DNA of 64,000 nucleotides, from positions 36,642,001 to 36,706,000 of the forward strand of contig OX597834.1 in the NCBI GenBank assembly GCA_951406725.2. Direction: 5' to 3'. Positions 1 to 13,611 of the stretch are shown piece by piece. How positions within the stretch are numbered: the stretch's first letter is position 1; each line of letters begins with the position of its first letter. The notes beneath the pieces are model-generated. The model was given only the letters and a program-made list of their open reading frames with translations, ran no database searches and was not told the origin of the DNA. The DNA comes from Octopus vulgaris (Eukaryota). The position numbers and the translations under genes are program-made.

Positions 1-765
1 TAGGTTCCCCACCTGGACGGGACGCCGGTCCATCGCAGGTGTGCTGCAAGATGCAGGAGGAAAGTGTGAGAGAAAGCTGTGGCAAAAGAGTCAGCAGAAA
101 TTCACCATTACCTTCTGCTGGAGCCTAGGTGTTTCGCTCATAAACACACACATCGCCCAGTCTGAGATTCGAACCTGCGATTCCTCAACCGTAAGTCCGC
201 TGCCCTAACGCCTAGGCCATGTGCCCCCACAATGATTGGTTCTTATTCAACCAATTCCAGGCATGTGGCTTAGTGACCAGTGTGGTTAATAATCACCATT
301 ATTATTACTACTCACAGTAAGGTGGTGACCTGGCAGAATTGTTAGCACACCGGGCAAAATGCTTAGTAGTAATTCATCCGTCTTAACATTCAGAGTTAAC
401 ATTCTGCTGAGTTCAGACTCCACCTTTCATCCTTTCGGGGTCGATAAAATAAGTACCAGTTGAACATTGGGGGGTCAATGTAATTGAGTCATCCCCACCT
501 CCCCCAAGCAGCCCTTGTGGCAAAAATTTGAAATAATTATAACAGCTCACATTAAGGTGGCGTGCTGGCAGAATTGTTAGCACGCTGGGAAAATTGCTTA
601 GTGGCATTTCATTTTACCACGGTTGTTAGATTAGATTATATGCTAATTAGGTCGTATTCGGTATCTATATAAAGGTTGGATATATACAATGTCTTAATAC
701 TTTTGCAGATGACTCGTATGTAATTGTACATTTGTTTCCATGTATTGTGCATTGTGTGTAAAAAA

Positions 766-847
766 CATCCTGATGAGGGGAGTGTCAGTTACGAATATAT
801 GAAATGCATCATATTAATTGGCGCGCCTCCGAAACGGCCAGAAGATG
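766..847 (+). ncRNA. Degenerate hammerhead-like motif with extended stem II
   Basis: CUGAUGA at 770-776, GAAAC at 831-835, arms GUGUCAGUUA / UAAUUGGCGC pair; cleavage triplet appears altered. Confidence 0.4.
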
Positions 848-986
848 AAAAATTTTGTAGTTTTTGTATTTTTTTATTTTTCTGTATTATTTCTGGAATT
901 TTAATACCTCATTTTATATATGTGCATATATACATACATATATGTACATACATATACCTATACGTTTATATATATGCATATGTGGG

Positions 987-1019
<33 letters not shown>

Positions 1020-3032
1020 GTACACACACACATATATATATATATATACACATATATATGTACATATATCATCATCATCGTTTAGCGTCTGCTTTCCATG
1101 CTAGTATGGGTTGGACGGTTCAACTGGGGTCTGGGAAGCCAGAAGGCTGCACCAGGCCCAGTCTGATCTGGCAATGTTTCTACGGCTGGATGTCCTTCCT
1201 AACGCCAACCACTCCATGAGTGTAGTGGGTGCTTTTTATGTGCCACCAGCACAAGGGCCAGGCGTGGCTGGCAACGGCCACGAACGGATGGTGCTTTTTA
1301 CATACATATATTTACATGTGTGTGTGTGTGTGTGTTTGTTCTATGTCTTTATGTTTGTCCTCCATTATCCCTGCTTGACAACAGTGTTGGCATGCTTACA
1401 TCCCCATAACTTAGCAGTTTGGCAAAAGAGACCAAAATAATAAGTACCAGGCTTAACAAAAAATTAAGTCCTGGGGTCAATTCATTCGACTAAAATTCTT
1501 CGAGGTGGTGCCCCAGCATGGCCACAGTCTAAAAACTGACATAAGTAAAAAAGAAGGTATTGTATTACATATTGTGTTATATTCTAATATTCCATAATGT
1601 AATGATTGTATCCTCTATCTGCATGTACAGTTGAAGTAAAATACATTAATTCTACATCGTTCGATATTAATCAACCCAAAATAAATTCCATGACTCATCA
1701 TCTATGAAAGTGCAGAAAACTTTGTCTTTTTTCTGGAGACATTGGTCTATTTTGGAGGTTCTACTAATGTAAACAAAATAAGAGAAAGAAAGGGTATGAG
1801 TGCAAGTGTGAGTGTGTGTGTGTGTGTGTGTTATCTTTGGCAAAGATAGTTACGGGATGGCAGAGAGAATCGATGAGAGAGAGAGAGTGAAAAAGACAGT
1901 GCGGGAGAATAAAGAAAAGAAGTGAGGAAGGAGAATGTAAAACAAGAGTGGGGATAAAATAAGCAAGAAAATTACAGACACACATGTGTCTATGTGCATA
2001 CACACACACACATCTTGTTTTGTAAGTTAGTTGGTGATCCTCCCAGTGCTGGTATCATGTAAAATGCACTCAGTCTTCTCTGCATGGTTGGTGTCAGGAA
2101 GGGCATCCAGCTGTAAAAAACCTACCAAAACAGACACAGAAGTCTGGTGCAGTCTTCTTCTGCCTGGCCAGCTCCTGTCAAACTGTAAAACCCATGCCAG
2201 CATGGAAGGTGGACATTAAATGATGATGATGATGATGGTAACGATGATGATATATACATCACTGTATAGGTGAAACTATCAGATGTTGTCATACTCCACT
2301 GGTCACAATGTGCATCGTTGCATTGTTGTAGCTTTTCAATGATACCACCCCAATGGCAAGCGCAGGCACAGGCAGGCCAGCATTCTCCCTGAACAGAAGG
2401 ACTGTCCATCACAGTGTAACCCATTTACGGCTGAATGGACTCTAGCAACATGGAATGAAGTGTTTTGCTCAAGAATATAATGCAATGTCAATCTGGGAAT
2501 CGAAACCACGAGCACAACAACACTCTAGCCACCGGGCTGTGCAGGCACGGTTGCGAGGTAAAAAGTTTGCTTCCCAACCACGAGGTCTGAGGTTCAATCC
2601 CACTGTGTGACACCTTGGGTGAGTGTCTTTCTATCATAGACCCAGGATGACCACAGCTTTGCGAGTGGATCTGGAAGATGGAAACTGAAAGAAACCCATC
2701 ATCATCCTTTAACCTCTGTTTTCCATGCTGGCATGGGTTGGACGGATTGACAGGAGCTGGCCAGCTGGGAGGCTACCCAGGATCCATGTCTATTTTGACG
2801 TGGTTCCTACAGCTGGATGCCCTTCCTAACGCCAACCACTTCACACAGTGTACTGGGTGCTTTTACACAGCTCCAGCATGGGCGTGTATACCTGGTACAA
2901 ATACAGGTGGGTTTTATGTGGCATCATCACTCACAAGCCTGCAAGATAACGAGTTCTCGGCTGGAGATGAATGCAGGGGACAAACTTGTATGCAAGGACA
3001 ACCGTGCTTTTACTAAGCTTGGTATATCTTAC

Positions 3033-3063
<31 letters not shown>

Positions 3064-3065
3064 CA

Positions 3066-3225
3066 TATAGGAGTGGCTGTGTGGTAAGTAGCTTGCTTAC
3101 CAACCACATGGTTCCGGGTTCAGTCCCACTGTAAGACACTTTGGGCAAATGTCTTCTACTATAGCCTCGGGCCGACCAGAGCCTTGTGTGTGGATTTGGT
3201 AGACAGAAACTGAAAGAAGTCCATC

Positions 3226-3277
<52 letters not shown>

Positions 3278-3505
3278 TCACATACACGTGTGTGTGTGTG
3301 TGTGTTTATGTATCCGTGTTTGTTCTCCTTATATTGTTTGAAAACCGATTTGGATGTGTTTACACCCCCATACCTTAGCGGTTTGGCAAAAGAGACCGAT
3401 AGAATAAGTACTAGGCTTACAAAGAATAAGTCCTGGGGTTGATTTATTCGAATAAAGGTCGTGCTACAGCATGGCTGCAGTCAAATGACTGAAACAAATA
3501 AATGA
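3066..3505 (+). mobile_element. tRNA-head SINE family A, full copy with internal microsatellite
   Basis: A-box TGGCTGTGTGG, B-box GGTTCAGTCCC, CORE-like CTTTGGGCAAATGTCTT, conserved 3' half ending GACTGAAACAA. Many other full or partial copies, e.g. near 16010, 23500, 27740, 30222, 46256, 47700, 52975. Confidence 0.85.
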
Positions 3506-3764
3506 ATATATACACATATATATATTATATCAATGGTTCAAATTTGTACAAAAGAAACTGCAAAAAAGAAGACAGAGATAAGTGAGGGGTGCATAAACAG
3601 GGTGCATTAGTAACCTAGAGGTCTGGCAAAAACGACTGATAGAATAATTACAAGGCTTTAAAAAATTAATAGATGGAGGGTTCAATTCGTTTGAATAAAA
3701 TTGTTCAGAAAGGTGCCCTAGAATTGTAGCAGTCTAATGACTGAAACAAGTAAAAGAAATATAT

Positions 3765-4037
3765 ATCATCATCATCGTTTAACGTCCGTTTTCCGCGCTA
3801 GCATGGGTTGGACGGTTCGACCGGGGTCTGGGAAGCCAGGGGCTGCACCAGGCTCCAGTCTGATCTGGCAGTGTTTCTACAGCTTGGATGCCCTTCCTAA
3901 TGCCAACCACTCCGTGAGTGTAGTGGGTGCTTTTTATGTGCCACCGGCACACAGGTGCCAGGGGAGTCTGGCATCGGCCACGATCGGTTGGTGCTTTTAA
4001 TGTGCCACCGGCATGGAAGCCAGCCAAGGTGGCGCTG

Positions 4038-4040
<3 letters not shown>
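3765..4040 (-). mobile_element. SINE family C with (GAT)n tail
   Basis: Block CATCATCGTTTAACGTCC...GGATGCCCTTCCTAA.GCCAACC recurs near 1068, 2700, 36873, 37510, 39477, 48775, 60897 and inverted near 2030 and 54765. Confidence 0.8.
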
Positions 4041-4069
<29 letters not shown>

Positions 4070-4150
4070 GTGCAAATACAAATGTAGGTGCTACATAAGT
4101 ACACACACATATGTACAAACACATGCAAAATCCCTGGTGATCTGTTATAT

Positions 4151-4350
4151 CAGTGCTTTTGAAACTTTTTGCTGGAGCGGAACCCCAAGGAAACCCCTGT
4201 GCAATAATTTAATAGTCTTATGCACACATATCTGCACAGGAGAATTAAAAAATTACTGCCAATTTTAGCAGTTTTGTAACTTCTTGCGGAACCCCTGGAC
4301 TGTACTGGCGGAACCCTAAGGTTCCGTGGAACCCTGGTTGAAAACCACTG
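4151..4350. mobile_element. hAT (Charlie-like) MITE, 200 bp
   Basis: Ends CAGTG...CACTG, perfect 8-bp TSD TGTTATAT (4143-4150 and 4351-4358), repeated internal GGAACCC motifs. Confidence 0.88.
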
Positions 4351-4447
4351 TGTTATATCATTTGAATTCAATTAAAGAGTGAAATACGAATTTCAGATCA
4401 TATTTAATGGCAGTTAGGTAAGCAGGTGTGTGTATACATGTGCGTGT

Positions 4448-4483
<36 letters not shown>

Positions 4484-4704
4484 TACACATACACCTACTC
4501 TACCATTTATATCGAGTACACTCTTTCTTTGTTCATATCCAGACCGAAGTTTAAATAATATATATATATATATATATAGTTATGTCATATTCTGTTAAGA
4601 ACATAGTAGACTATAGTTTAAAGCTTGCCCACCTTCAAATTTCACCCGGTGCTATCCAATATTAGTATTATACGTACTGCCAGATTTGCGTTGGGGAACT
4701 GTAC

Positions 4705-4905
4705 ACAGTATAAAACTATGAGCTGCTGATAGTTTCTCGCTGTGAAGACACGTGTCTAGGCAGGTTTTTTATAACACGCCTTGTGTCTCCAAGCAATCTT
4801 GGGAGCCAGATGATTGCTTTGGAGACACAAAGCGTGTTATAAAAACCTGCCTAGACACGTGTCTTCGCTGCAGAAACTGTTAGTAGCTCATATTTTTATG
4901 CTGTG
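4705..4905. other. Long imperfect inverted repeat (about 95-bp arms, short loop)
   Basis: Arm ...GAAGACACGTGTCTAGGCAGGTTTTTTATAACACGC... is complementary to ...GCGTGTTATAAAAACCTGCCTAGACACGTGTCTTC.... Confidence 0.9.
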
Positions 4906-5198
4906 CATATTAAATTATAGTTATCCCTCACCGAATAGAATGCTTTTTGTGTTGATCTTACCTTAATGGAACAGTAAATCACACACACACACTTGTGTTT
5001 TAAGTTGCACTATTTTATACTTGATCTTTAACAAGAGTGCAACTTATTGTACACAAGGCAAAGCTAAAACTATGAAGGGGAAAAAAAAACTGTTACGATA
5101 TTTAACACTTCATATTTATATGAAGTATTTACGAGTAAATATGTTATACACACACAGAATGAGATAGATAGACAGATAGATAGGTAGGTAGGTAGGTT

Positions 5199-5284
<86 letters not shown>

Positions 5285-5376
5285 CAAATAGGTAGATGAC
5301 GTACAACTATACCGGAATTTTATATACCTACGTGAGTTCGGTGAATCAATAATGTCCAATCGAATATATATATACT

Positions 5377-5412
<36 letters not shown>

Positions 5413-5417
5413 CACAT

Positions 5418-5452
<35 letters not shown>

Positions 5453-5816
5453 CACACAAATATATATATATATATATGAATATATATACATATATATATA
5501 TACATGTATATATATACATATATATATATACATACACACCTCAGTGATTATATTAATGTTGGTAATGATGAGGCAATTTATCAAATTTCTTTGGAGCAAT
5601 AAGCAAACACGCACACACACACTCATTGAGTGGAAGCCGCTTATAGTAATCGTTCTTGAACGAAACCTTCTCGGCAAGAATAACGGGCTGGTAGCATGAA
5701 ATAAAAGATATAGCAATATGAGATTGGGACCCACGATTTCTTACACTCACTATGTGATAACATTATCTGTGGTTACAATTAACGGCTTGTACATTGCACT
5801 ATGTATGTATTGATGT

Positions 5817-5856
<40 letters not shown>

Positions 5857-5887
5857 ATGTGTATGTATGGATGGATGTATGTATGTA

Positions 5888-5918
<31 letters not shown>

Positions 5919-5943
5919 ATGTATGTCTGTATGGATGTATGTA

Positions 5944-5974
<31 letters not shown>

Positions 5975-6103
5975 ATGTATGTCTGTATAGATGGATGGAT
6001 GGATGTATGAACGTATGTATGTATGTATGTGTATCATGGTGATGATATATACATATATATACACATTGATATATACATATGTGCACACATATACATGCAT
6101 ACG

Positions 6104-6139
<36 letters not shown>

Positions 6140-6144
6140 TAGAC

Positions 6145-6199
<55 letters not shown>

Positions 6200-6469
6200 C
6201 AGACAGAAGATGGGGAGAAGAGAAAGGCATACAGATATTCAGAAATACATATATATACATATATACAATTAAGATAAATTTCTTTACGAGGGCTAACCTT
6301 CAAAAAGTGGTACAGATTACACGATGAATCTGTATACCCAAACTTAATTCCATTGGGGGGTCGGTACCTCGTCGCAATTCTTCAAGAACGTGAACAGCTC
6401 TGACTACAATCCACACCCATAACTTAACATTCGAAGAATACAATACCGTAGAATGGAAGTTATTCCTGA

Positions 6470-6581
6470 CGTTTAACCCCAGGTCAGTCTTAATTGAGCA
6501 GATCTGTGATCAAAATGTTCCAGCAGTGTCCACTCCGTCGTTTTAGAGACAGTGTCTAAGACTGCATTGCCCGATGTGTAG

Positions 6582-6615
<34 letters not shown>

Positions 6616-7730
6616 TATACATATAGATTTATTTAACATGGGTGATATAAGAATTGAGGGAGATTTAGCTGTTATTTTTAAAACCACGAATGATCACATA
6701 GAGGCTTTTCTAGTCGGCTCTCTGGTGATGGGGATTCTTGTATGATGGAGTTATACAGGGTGTATGTGGTATACAGGAGTATAATCAAAAATGTTCCAAC
6801 CGTGTCCACCCCGTCATTCCAGAAAGAGTATCTAAAGTAGGGTATGTCTTCATTTAACCATAGATAACATGAGATTCGAAGAAGGTTTAACTGCTATTTC
6901 GAAAACCGAATGGCCACGTAGCGGCTTTTTTCCAATTGGTTCCCTGATAATGTGAGTTCGTGTACGGGGTAGGGGTTTCAGTTTGTGAGGTAATACAGGG
7001 TTTTTGTGATATGCAGGCCTATAATTAAAAAGATGTTCCAACCGGGCCCACTCCGTCAATTCACAGACAAGTATCTACGATTATATTATCCAAAGTGTAA
7101 TATTTCTTCATTCAACCATAGGTAATGAGATTAGAGGGAGACATAACTGCTATTTCTAGAAGCTCGAATGACCACAAAGAGGCTTTCCTAGTTGGCTCCT
7201 TAATAACGGGGGGTTCGTGTAAGGGTAGGGGATTTGGTATGTGACGCAATACAAGCGTTTGAGTGATGTGCATTCCTTTCCGCTCCACCAAAATTGCACT
7301 AAGGCATTATTGGCCAGGATAAATGTTTTGTAAGGGATCAAAAACAGGGGACAGTAACAGCCGCAGCAGCGGTCGTTGTTTGACCCCGAGGTCGGTCCTG
7401 ACCGAACAGAAGTATGATCAAAAGCTTTCCAACCGTGACCATCTGTTTATTTTATTTTATTTTTGCTTCTCCAACAGACTTAATGCGTCCTCGCCGCTAT
7501 TTCCTCTTTTGCTTATAATAGCAGTGTATCGTTTAGCCCTAGGCCAAGTAGCATTAACCGAGCAAAAAAAAAAAATATATATATATATACAAACGTATCA
7601 TCAAAGACATTCCAGGCATGACTGTGCCATCTTTTATTTAAACAGTCTGTCTAAAAAATTATTATCCAATGTGTCCTACATTTTTAAAAAGAGGATAGGG
7701 GCGATTCTGGCTGCTATTTCTAGTGTAAAG
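6470..7730. repeat. Old tandemly arranged repeat, about 200-390-bp spacing
   Basis: Variants of ATCAAAA.GTTCCA.CCGTG.CCA recur near 6510, 6785, 7025, 7415 and 7600; GCTATTTC blocks follow most of them. Confidence 0.55.
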
Positions 7731-9826
7731 AAACAGACCGAGTCGAGTTAAAGATGACAGAAGAGAAACATAAAGAAAATTAATGTATCATACGACGGTT
7801 TCAAAAATAAAGATCACCCATTCATCAATCAATCAATGTGTTTGCATTATATATACACACACACTTACATATTATATATAAGGATAAATGTATCGTAGAT
7901 ACAAGCGTGTTTTTTTCGTGCAATATACATAATACATCTATCTATATAATATGTATGTATTATGAATACATGTATGTATAATATATTATATTATAAATAT
8001 ATATATATATACGCACACTGTAATAGTGGTAATTTTTTAAATTCACACTGCTTTCTCAGCACTCTTCGTGATATATATGGTGAGTGTATATATATATATA
8101 TACAAATACAGACATACATACATTCATACATACATACACGCATACATACAGACATATATACCCACATACGTAGAGGTATGACCAACATCTTACTATGTTA
8201 CCCTTTTCTCCCATTCATTCTTTCTTATAAAGAAAACCGAACACTAACGCATATCTATCTATATATAGAGAGAGATAGATATTTATATAGACACCGCCTT
8301 TTGTGATTATATATCAATATTTGTATAATTATACGCACGCATACGTGCATATGTGTAGCTGGATATATAATATACGTGTATATATATATATATATATATA
8401 TTGTATTATATATATATATATATATACCGTTACATAAACGTGCATGTGTACATGTAGTTGATACCACTACAGACAAGGTATTGATATGTGATATATATAT
8501 GTGTGTATATATATACATATATATAATCCATAAAGACAATAGATATATATATATATAATCTAAAAAGACAACATATATATATATATATATATCTATATAT
8601 ATATATATATCATATAAACGTGCATGTGTACTTGGTACGTATGTTGATACATAAAAAAACCTAGTTGTTACAACTACATAGATGGTATATAAATATATTT
8701 ATATATATATATATATATATACAACATATACATATACATCTATATTCACATATATATGTGTTTATGTATATCTAGTGTATATATTTATATATATATTCCG
8801 TTGTCTATTGTGATAAGAGGTTTAAATAGTTTACTTACTGGACATTTGTCATCCAACCTTTTTTCTGTCTCTCTTTCTCTCTTAATAAATACAACAATAA
8901 TTCCTCCTATGTTGTTGTTGTTGTTCACAAAATAAATGAAAAAAAAAACAAAGAGAAAGAGACACAGAACGAGAGAGAAATAGATAGAAAGAGAGAGAGA
9001 GAGAAAGATTCGGAGACAACGTCTCCGAATTATTTTCTTTTACTATGTCTATCGTTATGTGTGTGTATGTATACGTGTATGTATGCGTGTGTATGCGCAT
9101 GTATACGTGTGTGTGTGTGTGTTGGATAGATGCTAGGGATGTGTGTGTATGTGCATGTATACGTGTATGTGTATGTGCGTATGTATACGTGTATGTGTGT
9201 ATGTATACGTGTGTGTGTGTTGGATAGATGCTAGGGATGTGAGTGTGTATGTTTCATAAGGGTGTCCGTATTGGTGTTAGTCTGAACATGTCTCTGTATG
9301 TGTATGTGTGTGTGTGTGTGTGTCTGTGAGTGTATATATGCGTGTATGTTGCATAAATATTAGGCGTGTGTCTGTGTGTGTGTGTGTATGTGGCAAAGAT
9401 GTTACACATGTATGCGTGTTACATATGTTGTATATGTGTATGTGTATGTTATATATATATATGTGTGTGTGTGTGTATGTGGATTATTATTTTGTATGGA
9501 TGTGAGTCTGAACACGTCTGTGTGTGTGTGTATGTATGTGAGTATTATGTGTGTGTGTCGGTGTATTGATGAAGGATTAGAGATGTCTGTACATGTCTGT
9601 GTGTGCATGTAACAATGTATGTATGTGTGTGTATATGCATAGCAATATGAGATTATAAATACGGAGAGATAAATGTATGTGTGTGCCTGAGTGTGTGTGT
9701 ACGCGTGGATTACCGTTATGTGTTAATATTAGTCTAAGCATGTCTGTGTGTGTGCGTGTGATTGTGTGTGTATACGTGTGCATATTGATATAAGATTATA
9801 AATATGTGTAGGTAAATGAATGCGTG

Positions 9827-9857
<31 letters not shown>

Positions 9858-10406
9858 AACTGGATTACCGTTATATGTGTGTCAATGTCAGTCTAATCAT
9901 GTATGTGTGTGTGTGCATGTCAATATATGATTACAATGTGTCTGTGGGTAGGTGTACATTTCAATACAAGATTACGCGTGTGTGTAGATGAATCTATATG
10001 TATACACACATACAAATGTGTGTGTATTGTGAGTGTGTGTGTGTGTGTATTGTGTGCCTATCAATGTCAGATATGTGTGAATCTATATACGAATCAACGT
10101 TTTATAAATATATTTGTTGATCTTCGTGTGAGAATATCTATGTATATATTGAATCAATTCCATACGTATCTTAATAGATGTTCGCATGGGCATATCTATC
10201 TTTATGCGCACACGTATGTTTACATACATACACACATATATACACTTTATATGTAAATACATATATATGTATATATTTATATATTATACTATATATACAT
10301 ATATATATATATATTATACATATATGTATATCATATTATACTATATATATACATATATATATATATTATACATATATGTATATTATATTATACTATATAT
10401 ATACAT

Positions 10407-10489
<83 letters not shown>

Positions 10490-10949
10490 CATATATGTAT
10501 ATTATATTATACTATATATATATTCTTTCTTTAGATGGTATACTATTTATTTGTTATTTCTTTTGAGTTAAAATGTAAACAAAGCAAAACAAAAAGCGGG
10601 AAAATAAGAGATAAGACTCAAAACTATATATTCATCTAGTTAGTTTTCAATCGACTATATACATGTATATATATATATATATACACTATTTCATCAGTAT
10701 ATCGTAGATAGATATAGACATTCGATTGTGGATATACAGTGTGAGGGATTAATGAAATAGTCTGCGTATGTGTGTGCGTATCTATATTTATACACACACA
10801 CATACACTTATATATATATATATATATGTACGTATGTGTATGTGTGTCCGTGCTAGTATATATATATATGTGTATATGTATGTATCTCTCTCTCTCTTTA
10901 TATGTATGTGTGTGTGTGTATATATATATGTGTGTGTGTGTGTATGTGG

Positions 10950-10983
<34 letters not shown>

Positions 10984-11268
10984 GTGTTTGTCGCTGTTAC
11001 TTAAATAATGGTTCAGCAGCAAATAGTTATTAAAATTCTGATTGGTCAATATTAACGATTTGGTTTTATATTCAACATTATTTTTTCCGTCTTTCTTTCA
11101 CGTTTTACGCTGTCTAACGCTTCAGGGGACATGAAACACAGAAATATATTTAATTCATAATGTAATTTAATTATTTTAATTTAATTTTAAAGAGTGAAAA
11201 GAAATGCGTAACTCTAAGATTCCATTAAGAGCGACAACGAAGCGAAACCGGGTCCCTATTGTGTCGCT

Positions 11269-11295
11269 CAACCTTTGACCTTTGACCTTTGACCG
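11269..11295. promoter_or_regulatory. Tandem nuclear-receptor half-sites in DR1 spacing (CAACCT t TGACCT t TGACCT t TGACCG)
   Basis: Direct reading, inside one of the few non-repetitive CpG-containing stretches; could also be a simple 7-bp repeat. Confidence 0.3.
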
Positions 11296-12136
11296 CCACT
11301 CTTATTTTTTTCTTAACACGTATGTAGTAAAAAAAAGTGGAGCCCACTACATCGACGATGTAAATTGCTGAAGTGCACATACGTTCTGGATGAATTGGTG
11401 ATGTTCATGCTTTTCTTCAAAAGCCGTAGCCACGTAAGTGAAGTAAAAAAAAAATATATTCCATAACCGGCAAACAGATGTGATGTGAATGTTGTTTGCC
11501 GGTAGCTGCCGCCCCTTGGGGTTACGGGCTTACTGCACTTGTTGAGTCGAGTCAAAACGGGAGCTTTTACACTCGATCTGCTAAAAACAACAGCCAAATC
11601 TCTTTCGAATGACACGCCATCGTCTTAAAAGACCTAAAAGTATTTTTTTTTAATTTAAAAAAGAAAGAAAACAGTGGCACAATGGCTAAAGGGTTTTACT
11701 CACACAATCGTGTACTCCCTCCACTAACTTTGTTTCCTCATAACTTTCAGAAAATTGGATATTTTGTTACAAAATTTTCTACAAATAAGTGATTAAGGCG
11801 AGGAGCTTCAATTAATTCACACGAATCGAATTTGTTTCCTCGTAATTTTCTGGAAAATGGATACTTTCCATGAAATTTTCTACAAATTCCGTATAGATGG
11901 TGTAAATAACAACTATATCTGAATTTGTTGTGGAAAACTTTTCCGAGATGGGGAGAAGAGTTTCGGAATATTCACACGGACCTGCTTTGTTTTCCCGTAA
12001 CTTAAAGAAAATTGGGTATTTTTTTTTATAAATATTTTTCAGATAGTATAGATTATTATGATTATAGGAATTTAATGTTGAAAGAAAAAAAAAGTTGACG
12101 GGCTCGTACACATACAGACAGACTCGCATATATATA

Positions 12137-12350
12137 TTTCTTTACTGCCCACAAGGGGCTAAACATAGAGGGGACAGACAAAGGGATTAAGCCGATTACA
12201 ACGACCCCAGTGCGAAACTGGTACTTAATTTATCGACCCCGAAAGGATGAAAGGCAAAGTCGACCTCGGCGGAATTTGAACTCAGAACGTAACGACAGAC
12301 GAAATACGGCTACGCATTTCGCCCGGCGGCGTGCTAACCGTTTTGCCAAC
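12137..12350 (-). mobile_element. SINE family B (GGCGAGCTGGCAGAA...GTTCTGAGTTCAAATTCCGCCGAGGTCGACTTTGCCTTTCATCCTTTCGGGGTCGATAAA)
   Basis: B-box GAGTTCAAATTCC plus conserved central block; other copies near 321, 18270, 31310-31770, 43013-43750, 63880. Confidence 0.8.
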
Positions 12351-12663
12351 GGCGCAGGTTTGACTGTGTGTTAAGGAGACTGAACCCAGGATCAACCACA
12401 TGGTTCCTGGTTCGGTTCCACTGCCTTGTCGTCTACTATAGCCTCAAACTGACCACAGCCTTGCCTGTTCCCCACAGCCGCTTAACAACCACTTTAGTCT
12501 ATTTACGCCCCCATAACTTAGCTGTTTTGGCGAGAGACCGATAGAACAAGTACAAAGTTTTAAAATATGAACACTGATGTCGATTCTATTCAATAAAATT
12601 TTTCAAGCTGCTGTCCCGGGCACAGCTGTGGTCTTACGACTGGAATGCGTAGAGTAGGAAAAA

Positions 12664-12780
12664 TCTCTCTATATATAAAGCTGAAGTTGTCTGTGTATGG
12701 CAGGTTTGGTAGCCTTCAACTAACACTATCTCCTCTGAGACCCTGCGGCGCAAGTTGACCAAAATTAAGAATATGATATA
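12664..12780 (+). mobile_element. 5' end of a related Helitron variant
   Basis: TCTCTCTATATATAAAGCTGAAGTTGTCTGTG resembles the Helitron 5' terminus 200 bp downstream. Confidence 0.55.
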
Positions 12781-12877
12781 TATATATATATGGTCATCCC
12801 TCTCATATATATATATATATGGTCATCCCTCTCATATATATATATATATATATGGTAATCCCTCTCATATATATATA

Positions 12878-13174
12878 TCTTTATATATAAAAGTGAAGTT
12901 GTGTGTCTGTCTCCTACGATTTAGATTCCTAACTACTCCCACATTTTGCGGTGCAGTTTAACCAAAACCGGGTATCTTATAGTCGTGATTCATATCGAAC
13001 CCTTCTGGGTATTAGCGCGCGTCTACGATGAGTCTACAATTAAAAAAAAATTTACCATCATTTTTTCCCATTTTTAATGCATTTTTTTGCTATTATATAA
13101 GGGAAGTAACTCTCTAAAAATGCTTATATAGTTATTTCCCTTACAAACCCGAGCAACGCCGGGTGATACTGATA

Positions 13175-13175
<1 letters not shown>
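12878..13175 (+). mobile_element. Non-autonomous Helitron, same family as 21321-21718
   Basis: Same 5' TCTTTATATATAAAAGTGAA and 3' hairpin; terminus reads ATAG instead of CTAG. Confidence 0.82.
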
Positions 13176-13224
<49 letters not shown>

Positions 13225-13278
13225 ATACCTCGGTTTTCTGACACCTCTGATCACGAATAAATATATATATATATATAT

Positions 13279-13475
13279 AAATGTGACCGCGTGTGTACCG
13301 TTGGCGATTTTTTCCCTCTGTCTTCCCTTCTCTGGATCTATCCTTCTATGTTTCCGACGAAGAGCTCCGCTCGAAACGTTAAACCCCACTTCTTTCCTGA
13401 GCGTCCAATAATACTATATTTGTTCCACGTCCTCGCGTTGTTGTGTTTTTTTGTGCTTTCTTGTTTGGATTAACT
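13279..13475 (+). mobile_element. About 200-bp Penelope-LTR/retrozyme-like repeat with hammerhead motif at 13350-13384
   Basis: GUUU-CCGACGA-A-GAGC(UCC)GCUC-GAAAC-GUU-AAAC; near-identical copies at 16670 and 25710; sits in (TA)n. Confidence 0.7.
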
Positions 13476-13541
13476 TTATATATATATATATATGAAGCAC
13501 GATTGATTTGTGATCAGAGGCGTTTGTAAACGGTGATACTA

Positions 13542-13611
<70 letters not shown>

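Noticed and set aside
5625-5690. Minus-strand exon-like stretch ([22 protein letters not shown])
   Set aside because: Acceptor is plausible but there is no convincing donor or recognisable homology.
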